Virus record (IMG/VR): IMGVR_UViG_3300026549_000032
Coordinates: 64,001-128,000 of that record
DNA: 64,000 nucleotides
Strand: one strand, 5' to 3'
Source: a virus
Lineage: Duplodnaviria > Caudoviricetes
Shown piece after piece: positions 56,695-64,000 of the stretch. Under the pieces are notes generated by a model. That model did not search any database and was not told the origin of the DNA. It saw only the letters and a list, made by a program, of their open reading frames with translations. The stretch's first letter is position 1. Each line of letters starts with the position of its first letter. The position numbers were made by a program, and so were the translations under genes.

Positions 56695-57562
56695 ATTCGT
56701 ATTTACCAGCTAATAAATTGTACATATCAATATAGTCAATTCCACAAGCATGGGCAGCATCAGCATCTTTACTACTGAGACCCCATCTACCGGAATTGAT
56801 TCCTATGTAGACCATATCTTCTTTATTCCTCCAATCACGAACCGCCCCATAGACAATTCTCTCTTTTGGAGAACCTTCCACCTGCTGTTTCAGAATAAAC
56901 ACAGAGTCTTTCCGAATTCTCAGATACGTGCTCACACAAACTTTGATATATTCCAAGGTTAGGTTTGCTACCCCAGGATTACCAAAGGCTGGAACAATAT
57001 CATTAGCCGGGAAGATCACATATAGTCTAGTGGGATTGAAACTAGCTATCTTATCCCATACGTCGAACTTTGGCTTCAGATCAAAGAGAGCTCTTGGCAT
57101 AATGTTTGGTCTGCCATTACTCTCCCATGATTCATACAGGCAGTCTAGGACGTCACAAATGACTACTTTCTTTCTGTTTCCCAGACCTCCGGTCGGTGTA
57201 ACTTTAGGTTCTTCTTTCTTTGGTTGATTGAAAGAACTACTACCACCCCAGCTACTGCCTGCTGACCATCCTCCGCTACCTCCCCAGGAGGGAGTTGTAT
57301 CTTTCTTTTCCCATGGGGCTCCTCCACTTCTGGCGGAACCGAATGGGCTATTTCCGTTGTCGAAGGGAGTATTGTTGCTCATAGGCACCCAATGCCTCCT
57401 TTCTTCGAACTCGCTGTCGAGTCTACTATTGAGTTCTTCTTGTTCATCAAGTAGTTTTTCTATTTTAATATCGTCCTCGTCTATCATCTCCTCCAGGGGA
57501 TCGTCTTCTTCCCTGGGGTGATCTGTATAGTCGGGTGGAATATATTGTCTGTTATCGCTCAT
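56687..57562 (-). CDS. Acidic/Gly-Trp low-complexity N-terminus + degenerate HAD (PNKP-like) domain
   Basis: VVICDVLDCL; MVYIG...SSKDADAAHACGIDYID. Confidence 0.5.
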   Translation of the reverse strand: MSDNRQYIPPDYTDHPREEDDPLEEMIDEDDIKIEKLLDEQEELNSRLDSEFEERRHWVPMSNNTPFDNGNSPFGSARSGGAPWEKKDTTPSWGGSGGWSAGSSWGGSSSFNQPKKEEPKVTPTGGLGNRKKVVICDVLDCLYESWESNGRPNIMPRALFDLKPKFDVWDKIASFNPTRLYVIFPANDIVPAFGNPGVANLTLEYIKVCVSTYLRIRKDSVFILKQQVEGSPKERIVYGAVRDWRNKEDMVYIGINSGRWGLSSKDADAAHACGIDYIDMYNLLAGKYEYE

Positions 57563-58116
57563 GGAGCACAGGTATTACCAACGCTGTTACAATCCTCTTC
57601 CTTGTCGCATTCTTTCTGCTCTTCAGCTTCATGCTTAGCAGCAAGTTCAGCTTCTATGTTGGGATTGTAGTGGCAGCTCTTCAGGAGACTATGCAACATA
57701 CATGATCCGTTGCTAGGTGAACATGCAGAGTGGCAGTCGTTATACAAGCCACATACGCCATCACATACGGCATCAATCACATTGGTCATTCGAACATAAC
57801 CATTCTCCTTGATGATGTTCTGATATACATCTTCATATTCGGGGAAAACCTGTTCGATAGTTCCCTCAACCGGGACATAATCTTTGTAATCCTTGTTTTC
57901 TTCATCGTCTATGATTCCGAGGTTACCGCAGAAATCCAGGAATGTTTTGTCTGGGTTTTCAGGGTCTCTAGGATCACGGAGAGATCCACAGATCTTAGGC
58001 CCGTAAGGACATACACTGAGACATGAAATCTCGTTGTGGTTGTCTAAGACGGGTCTGAATACTAGGTAGCGATCACCATTACTAGTAACCACTTTGATTC
58101 TTTTAATTTTTTCCAT
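57559..58116 (-). CDS. Cys-rich hypothetical protein
   Basis: Two Cys clusters. Confidence 0.7.
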   Translation of the reverse strand: MEKIKRIKVVTSNGDRYLVFRPVLDNHNEISCLSVCPYGPKICGSLRDPRDPENPDKTFLDFCGNLGIIDDEENKDYKDYVPVEGTIEQVFPEYEDVYQNIIKENGYVRMTNVIDAVCDGVCGLYNDCHSACSPSNGSCMLHSLLKSCHYNPNIEAELAAKHEAEEQKECDKEEDCNSVGNTCAP

Positions 58117-58195
58117 ATTCTATATTAAAATGTTATTTGTCTTTAATAAGGTTAAGAAGTCCCAGGCCAATTTCTCAGCCCAGGACTATTAAGTA

Positions 58196-58351
58196 TTAAT
58201 GTTCGTTATTCTCAGATAGCCACCTCTCTAGTCTCCCTTTATCGGCGGGAACGACATGGTTTTTAATGCTATCTATCTGAATACTAAACATCATCTGTAT
58301 CTGCTTCTTGGTGTACGTGGCACCGTTATCAAGTGTTATTGTTACTGGCAT
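58196..58351 (-). CDS. 51-aa small ORF (not in ORF track)
   Basis: MPVTITLDNGATYTKKQIQMMF...WLSENNEH; overlaps upstream gene, followed by a hairpin. Confidence 0.5.
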   Translation of the reverse strand: MPVTITLDNGATYTKKQIQMMFSIQIDSIKNHVVPADKGRLERWLSENNEH

Positions 58352-58580
58352 ATTTTTCCTTGTATTTTTTATCACTGATTATTGTTAAGGTTCCGTCCAC
58401 TGGATCTTTCATGATCCAATCTCCTTCCACAAGTCTCTTACCCTCTATGGTACAATGAAACTTATGATAGGGCATTCGAGAAGCACATGTGAAGTTACCT
58501 GCACGATTTTCTGTGTATAAAATAACTTCAGCTATGTTCTCTCTCGTAAATTGGATTGCGGTTGGCTCAGATTCTAACAT
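58329..58580 (-). CDS. Small phage protein (GDW/PGDYG-like)
   Basis: AIQFT...EGDWIMK..DG. Confidence 0.6.
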   Translation of the reverse strand: MLESEPTAIQFTRENIAEVILYTENRAGNFTCASRMPYHKFHCTIEGKRLVEGDWIMKDPVDGTLTIISDKKYKEKYASNNNT

Positions 58581-60123
58581 TGATCTCTTTGAATCTCCAG
58601 GAAATCTCTACACCTTTCAGGGTAAGACCACTGAGTTCTACCTTCTTCGTAGTCTGACCAGCTGATGGACGATACTTGTCTGCGAACTTGGCCGTCTTGC
58701 TGGCGATCAGCTTGAAGGTATTCTCACGGATGATGCTCTGAGAGTTCTTCTCAATGGCTTCCCAATAGGACTTATTCTTGCTAGTCCGCTTGATATATCC
58801 AAGGATCCTAATCAGGTTCTCTGCTTTGATACCACCACGACTGATCTGTCCATGCTCAACATAGTCAGTCAAGGCATTGGTGATAGCTGTCGAGTCTGAG
58901 AAGAGGCCCTTCATAGTGGACTGTAGTTCAACAGTCTTATAGGAACCATGACTCTGAACGAGAATCTCTCGTGTGGGATAGTAATGGTCTCCGTAGATAC
59001 CAATTCCCCGGAGGAACTGTTCTGCGCTGCTAACCTGAGTACGATGCTGACGGTTCTGAGAGTTTTGCTCAGCGGCCTTATTCTCCATCATTGTCAGGTA
59101 TTCCTGAGCAACCTTGGCGATATACAGTCTTGCCTCAGCGTCAGCCAATACATAGGACGGCATGGCCTTTACGTTGTTCCTACATACGATAGGAATCTTC
59201 TTGAGGTTGACCAGGTAGAGATTGTCGTAAGCTTCGTTCATCTCTATGCAACCTACTGCTCTCAATCGACGGGCAAGGTTGCTACTTACCTTCACTCCAA
59301 GGAGAGGCATGTTGAGACGACCATCACGAATTATGTTTATGGTTTTTAAGCAGGTCAATCCTTCACGACGACCAGGCTCTACACCAAATTCATTCTCGGG
59401 AACGTCCACACTAACAAGAGCTTTATACTGCAGGCTCAGGTTAGCACGAGTCTTATTACCAACGATTGCCGTCACGGGGACGAGCTGATTCATGATATAT
59501 TCGACACCTTCCGGCTTACGAGTTGATGAGGCCGTGATTCTTTCGTATCTACCAACCAGTTCTGGGTCAATCAAGATCTTAGCGCCATCCTCCACTAGGT
59601 CGTTCACCAGCTCAAAGACACTATATCTACGACCCTTTTTGTAGAGTCTTGGACAGGTCATGATATCGAAGTCTTGGTTGATGGTTGGTCTCCAGTTAGC
59701 GCTTTCATACATCTCTCCTGCCATGTTCTCCAGAGCATTAAGTCCGGATTCACCGTAGACGGAGTAGAATTGATCGATGAGTTTAGAATCACGTGTGCTC
59801 AGAACCAGGTCTTCAATAGTATCCATGTAGACTTTTGGGGTACCAATAATCATTACCAGGATTTCACGAAGGTCATTGATCTCATATGTCTGGAGAGGAT
59901 TCTTGGTAGTAGTCTTGAGGATCACGTAGGCGTGAGTTCCTTGTACCTCTACCTCGTTCAGGCCATAGGTTTGGTAACACCTGATGGAGTTTGATACAAC
60001 ATCGAGAGTCACTATAAATTGTGCTCTCTGTTGGGATTTATTCGTTAAACGAACTTTCCCGTTTTCAATCGTTTGTGGGGTAATCTTAATTCTTGCTCCA
60101 CTAATTAATACTTCGTTGTTCAT
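58567..60123 (-). CDS. Hypothetical protein
   Basis: 518 aa. Confidence 0.8.
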   Translation of the reverse strand: MNNEVLISGARIKITPQTIENGKVRLTNKSQQRAQFIVTLDVVSNSIRCYQTYGLNEVEVQGTHAYVILKTTTKNPLQTYEINDLREILVMIIGTPKVYMDTIEDLVLSTRDSKLIDQFYSVYGESGLNALENMAGEMYESANWRPTINQDFDIMTCPRLYKKGRRYSVFELVNDLVEDGAKILIDPELVGRYERITASSTRKPEGVEYIMNQLVPVTAIVGNKTRANLSLQYKALVSVDVPENEFGVEPGRREGLTCLKTINIIRDGRLNMPLLGVKVSSNLARRLRAVGCIEMNEAYDNLYLVNLKKIPIVCRNNVKAMPSYVLADAEARLYIAKVAQEYLTMMENKAAEQNSQNRQHRTQVSSAEQFLRGIGIYGDHYYPTREILVQSHGSYKTVELQSTMKGLFSDSTAITNALTDYVEHGQISRGGIKAENLIRILGYIKRTSKNKSYWEAIEKNSQSIIRENTFKLIASKTAKFADKYRPSAGQTTKKVELSGLTLKGVEISWRFKEINVRI

Positions 60124-60158
60124 ACCTTTTTTTTTGTAGTTTATGTATGTTTTGTATT

Positions 60159-60196
60159 CACATATAAGAATTTAACCATTAATATCCTTATTAGTG
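60159..60196. promoter_or_regulatory. Divergent putative promoter pair (TCTTATATGTG minus; CCTTATTAGTG plus)
   Basis: Recurring motif. Confidence 0.65.
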
Positions 60197-60198
60197 AT

Positions 60199-60840
60199 AT
60201 GAAAAATAAAATCGGTAAATGGAATGAAGTAACTTACGAAACAATGACAGACATTTTTCGTAGATTCTTGGAGATGGAGGACTGGACCAAGGACATGGTT
60301 CTGGAGATTCAGGATCCTATTGCCATAGCGGCTGGGGACCATGAACGACGCATGTATCTTGGGAATAGAATAGGTATCGATGGCTGGGAGAAATATGACG
60401 AGCCTTATCTCGATTGCATAAAAGCAGTTACGGAGGTTAAAGGCGTCGACAGCTCAATCATGTTTGACAAAGATTATATAATCTTGTGCATGCTTGAGAA
60501 CAAGAACCCAACAATAGTGCCTATCTTTACAGTTGATGAGAAGATGAGCAGAGCACTACTAACAGCTTTCTTTGGAGATCCGTCTATTGATGGTAGCTCC
60601 TTTGCAGACCTTATCGACACAAGTTCTCCTAAGTGGTATACAATCGGAGAAGATGGCAAGAGGTATGTTCACCTTGGGCCAGAAGCTTATAAAGAGTTTC
60701 CGATAGAAAAAAAGTTTATTAGGATAAGAACCCTAGACTATGAAACCTGGAAAAAAGATATTACTGGATTCCTAGAGGACGACCAACCTCTTCAGTATAC
60801 TGACTTAGACCTACAAGAAATAACCCTCCTTAACCCATAG
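60199..60840 (+). CDS. Hypothetical protein
   Basis: 213 aa. Confidence 0.75.
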   Translation: MKNKIGKWNEVTYETMTDIFRRFLEMEDWTKDMVLEIQDPIAIAAGDHERRMYLGNRIGIDGWEKYDEPYLDCIKAVTEVKGVDSSIMFDKDYIILCMLENKNPTIVPIFTVDEKMSRALLTAFFGDPSIDGSSFADLIDTSSPKWYTIGEDGKRYVHLGPEAYKEFPIEKKFIRIRTLDYETWKKDITGFLEDDQPLQYTDLDLQEITLLNP

Positions 60841-60917
60841 GGAGGGATTTTTATTTTTTGCGTTCGGAGAGACATGAAAGCCCTATAAGTGTATAACAAA
60901 TAACAAAGAATTTAACA

Positions 60918-61667
60918 ATGAATAAAGATGCAGTTTATGTGGTAAAACAACCAATACACTCAATTGTATCAATTGTTGTTGTAGACGAGGCAAAAACACC
61001 ACTTCATCCATCAGCTCATGCAAACCTAGATCAGCTTGTGGATATGACAGATGTGATTTTTGTTTTCTCAGACAGATTCTCAGTAAGCGGTTTTATGCCT
61101 GACAAGTTTACTAACTTGTATAGAGGCTGTGCGTACATTCATGGAAGTGGGAATGTCCTAGGACGACCTATCTTCCAGGCTATGTTGTATGCACAGGAAA
61201 TCTTTAGACGTCATGCTTCCTATGTGGTGACAGACCTAGAGAGACTTGGGAAGATAAGATTCCAAAATAAAGAGCTCTTACAAACTCTAACTGCCAGTGC
61301 CATCGTAAAGCCAATCCTAAGAATCAAGAGACTCAGTCCAGAGGAACTCTACTCGATATATCTCCCGGAGAAGGAGGAAGAGGAGGAGAAGACCCCATGG
61401 TGGAAGTTCTGGGAAACTGAACCTACAACAACTCAAGGGGAAGATAGAATCAATAGTAGATACTGTTCTGATTCTAATCTGATGTTCTTTAAACAGACGT
61501 TAGTGAAGATCTTCCTGAAGAATTATGAAGATAAGAAATTTATGAAATATATAAATACATTCTCAGAGGATGACCCAAGTTATCTATTTGCCTCGTATAT
61601 CAGGGAGCTAGGCATAGATAATATTGATTCCTCCCCAGAGGAGCTAACTAACATTGGAGAACTATGA
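60918..61667 (+). CDS. Hypothetical protein
   Basis: 249 aa; TTTGCG...CCCTATAAGTG upstream. Confidence 0.75.
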   Translation: MNKDAVYVVKQPIHSIVSIVVVDEAKTPLHPSAHANLDQLVDMTDVIFVFSDRFSVSGFMPDKFTNLYRGCAYIHGSGNVLGRPIFQAMLYAQEIFRRHASYVVTDLERLGKIRFQNKELLQTLTASAIVKPILRIKRLSPEELYSIYLPEKEEEEEKTPWWKFWETEPTTTQGEDRINSRYCSDSNLMFFKQTLVKIFLKNYEDKKFMKYINTFSEDDPSYLFASYIRELGIDNIDSSPEELTNIGEL

Positions 61668-61996
61668 TCAAGTATAAACAACGAGGCCAAAATGATACTT
61701 TCCCGGGAGAGGTCACAACATGGAAATATGGAGATGACGTCCCAGAGTGGTTAAGTGACATAGCTAAAGTGGCCAGCATAGATAATAATACTCATAGAAT
61801 CTCCTTAGAGACGAGGGAGACTAATACTGGGGGATTCGAAATCCTAGATTCAAGTGGACAACATGTCTTGGCGAGACTAGATTCGAAAACCGACATCTTA
61901 TGTAGGGATATTAGTTCGGAGGTTAAAGGAATTACTCTATTCTCCATGACCCCACGTCAATTTGACTTAATTTATGTAAGCTATGGACAATTATGA
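61664..61996 (+). CDS. Hypothetical protein
   Basis: ATGA-coupled ORF. Confidence 0.7.
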   Translation: MIKYKQRGQNDTFPGEVTTWKYGDDVPEWLSDIAKVASIDNNTHRISLETRETNTGGFEILDSSGQHVLARLDSKTDILCRDISSEVKGITLFSMTPRQFDLIYVSYGQL

Positions 61997-62432
61997 TGAA
62001 CTTCAATCGAAGATTAGCACGATTGAATCTGAGCTTGCCAAAGCCAAACTAGAACTAGAGAGCAGTAAGAAAGACGACTTCAAAGCAGAAGTAGAGAAAT
62101 TCTTTGAAGCTGCCCTTGATGAGCAAGCTATTACTGGAATGGGACTTAGCTTTAATCTATCAGAAGATATGAATTTTGCTAAGGGGATGATAATTGCTCT
62201 ACTAGGAAATGAATCAAGCGATGACTATGCTATGGCCAAGACTTATTTCAACTCTTTCAAATCTAAGTACCTAGAACTTAGTGAGAAGATTGCTGAAGTA
62301 AATCACATCAGGGCTAGTGTAGAAAACATGGTTCGTGTCTTCAAGAATGAAGTACACCTAGCGGAGGAGAAAAAGAGAAAAGCGGCGATTGAGAGTGACT
62401 ATAGTCTCAAACCGGAGATCGCTGAGATTTGA
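61983..62432 (+). CDS. Coiled-coil protein
   Basis: Heptad-rich. Confidence 0.7.
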   Translation: MDNYDELQSKISTIESELAKAKLELESSKKDDFKAEVEKFFEAALDEQAITGMGLSFNLSEDMNFAKGMIIALLGNESSDDYAMAKTYFNSFKSKYLELSEKIAEVNHIRASVENMVRVFKNEVHLAEEKKRKAAIESDYSLKPEIAEI

Positions 62433-62451
62433 TAAATTTCTGACAAAGCCT

Positions 62452-62491
62452 GTGGGGAAACCGTCTGTGATGGATAGTTTTCCCACTTTTT
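62452..62491 (+). terminator. Intrinsic terminator
   Basis: GTGGGGAAAC...GTTTTCCCAC + TTTTT. Confidence 0.7.
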
Positions 62492-62528
62492 ACCTTATAT
62501 ATGAAATGAATAATAACACAACAAAAGT

Positions 62529-62717
62529 ATGAAGAAAAGTAAGAATTGGCTATTGATTATTGTAGTAGTGATCGTAGCAATCTGGGTTCTCCCGGCCGCT
62601 TTAGGTGCACTAGGGAGTTTAGTATGTGTCAGCTTTTCCTTGATTGGATCGCTGATTAGTGTCGGATTCTGGGCTTTCGTAGCCTGGTTGTTATGGAAGC
62701 TTTGGAAGAAGGCTTAA
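62529..62717 (+). CDS. Small membrane protein
   Basis: Almost entirely hydrophobic; promoter box at 62493. Confidence 0.7.
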   Translation: MKKSKNWLLIIVVVIVAIWVLPAALGALGSLVCVSFSLIGSLISVGFWAFVAWLLWKLWKKA

Positions 62718-62741
62718 GAGTAAAAATAAAAGAGGGGCAGC

Positions 62742-63671
62742 TTAATTGCTGTCGCCTTCTTTTTTATTTATCCACCAGATTATGTGGTCTTCGAGAGGTT
62801 TATCTGGTTCAAGCCCATATGTATTCCCGAATTTTGCTACGGAGGACTTAATCATCTCCTTTGTTTTCTCAAAGAACCCATCGATCAAGTCTTCATGGCC
62901 ATCCATAAATTCCTCATACTCTATGTTGGTATATTGAGTAGGATTATATATGACTGTATATCCCATACAGGCCGAAGTGTATCGGAGTTCTAGATTTCTA
63001 TCAACGGACACCCAGTAGTAATCATCTGCTCCATCAACGGCTCCTAAGAGATATGCTAGGTCTCTTGGTTCTACCTTATCGTAGTTCCCTGGATAATCAG
63101 GGTTTCCCCATGCCCAGTGAACGTACTTACCAACATCGTCCTTAGCTTCTTTCAAGATAGCTAGTTCATTATTGGCGTGCCAGAAGAGATGGTGTTTGCT
63201 GTAGTAGGCGTTCTTAAGTTTCTCTAAGACGTCTACATTACATTCCTCTATGGGATTTCTGGGGTTACCGTTTTCATATTGATCACCAAAGATATCTAAG
63301 ATAAATCGCCCAACGGCTTTCGACCTAGACTTTCCAGCTTTACAATGAATAACGAAGTCCTTTCCTAAGTTCCTTTCAATGAAGGTAACTATCTGAGCTC
63401 CCTGTCCACCAGTCATGGCTTTCATCCAATGTCCTTTGTAAGGATAATCACCCGGTCCGGGGACATCATCAAACTCTATATTAAAGACGTTCGGAGAATC
63501 GGAGAGGATGTGATCATTATCGAAGTCATCCTTATCCTCTTCCAGTCGATACTTGATACAGTCTGGGGAACCTTCAATAGAGATAAAGGCTGTCTTAGTG
63601 GGATCTCTCTTGTATATTTCTTCTCGGAAATCTACTTTCGAGTATACACTTACTGTTTTCTTTTCCTTCAT
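62742..63671 (-). CDS. Protein tyrosine/dual-specificity phosphatase-like domain protein
   Basis: IHCKAGKSRS (HCxxGxxRS), FDD loop; start at ATG 63671. Confidence 0.8.
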   Translation of the reverse strand: MKEKKTVSVYSKVDFREEIYKRDPTKTAFISIEGSPDCIKYRLEEDKDDFDNDHILSDSPNVFNIEFDDVPGPGDYPYKGHWMKAMTGGQGAQIVTFIERNLGKDFVIHCKAGKSRSKAVGRFILDIFGDQYENGNPRNPIEECNVDVLEKLKNAYYSKHHLFWHANNELAILKEAKDDVGKYVHWAWGNPDYPGNYDKVEPRDLAYLLGAVDGADDYYWVSVDRNLELRYTSACMGYTVIYNPTQYTNIEYEEFMDGHEDLIDGFFEKTKEMIKSSVAKFGNTYGLEPDKPLEDHIIWWINKKEGDSN

Positions 63672-64000
63672 GGTAATTCCTCTATTCCTTGATCCAACCA
63701 ATCAGCCACTATATGGCGGTGACAGAAGTCACCCGGTTTCTCGTAGCATACCAGAGCAATTTCTTCCCTACCGCCCGCTAGTTTCTCTAAGTTCTTTAAA
63801 ACTGACTCTTTGTCTAGGACTCCAAGTCTTTCATGTAGGAACCTCTCAGTGTACCTTTCGGGTGAACCACCACGATTCTTGTATTCATCATAGATATCCC
63901 AGGAAGGAGCCAAGAGTTTATACTCAGGGTACTCCCAGCCTGGAACAGCTTTCCCACATATAGCAATAGGCATTATCTTGTCCGTATCTATTGACTTAAT
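63668..64000 (-). CDS. DUF488-family protein, probably 5'-truncated
   Basis: LAPSW...Y..RF...IALVCYEKPGDFCHRHIVADWL; frame open to window end. Confidence 0.8.
   Translation of the reverse strand: MKSIDTDKIMPIAICGKAVPGWEYPEYKLLAPSWDIYDEYKNRGGSPERYTERFLHERLGVLDKESVLKNLEKLAGGREEIALVCYEKPGDFCHRHIVADWLDQGIEELP

Noticed and set aside
1-64000. Alternative genetic code (TAG read-through as in Lak or some crAss-like phages)
   Set aside because: Genes are full length and tightly packed under code 11; TAG ends genes at natural boundaries (13055, 36449, 42918, 46556, 60840)
1-64000. tRNA, rRNA, CRISPR array, transposase or integrase
   Set aside because: None recognised; gaps are short and explained by promoters, terminators, the intron, small ORFs or the two cassettes

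Overview
A 64 kb segment of a large (probably jumbo) dsDNA phage read in the standard bacterial code. The host is most likely Bacteroidota: leaders are AT-rich without Shine-Dalgarno, and there are DUF4376, BT0820-like HAD and Bacteroidota-type EndoV genes. The window opens at the end of a tail-fibre module, then runs through a dense accessory region: ClpC-like ATPase + ClpP, IF-1, YqeY, NadE + NadD, EndoV, MazG, PlsC-like acyltransferase, several phosphatases, an AAA ATPase and a phiEco32-type amidoligase/glutamine amidotransferase cluster. Structures beyond the ORF list: (1) two radical SAM genes, each coupled to upstream genes with an N-terminal TNSS motif (one gene at 10 kb, three tandem genes at 40.5-41.8 kb); (2) two paralogous SF2-helicase-like proteins lacking the Walker A lysine, each beside a ~450 bp non-coding cassette with the same inverted-repeat and GC-rich layout (origin-like); (3) a recurring putative promoter box (C/T)CTTA-N4-TG, in 14 cases only 0-4 nt before the ATG (possible leaderless mRNAs); (4) a 274 nt group I intron splitting the COOH-NH2 ligase gene; (5) a possible DGR-type variable region. 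No tRNA, rRNA or CRISPR array was seen. All family calls come from motif recognition by eye, not database searches.
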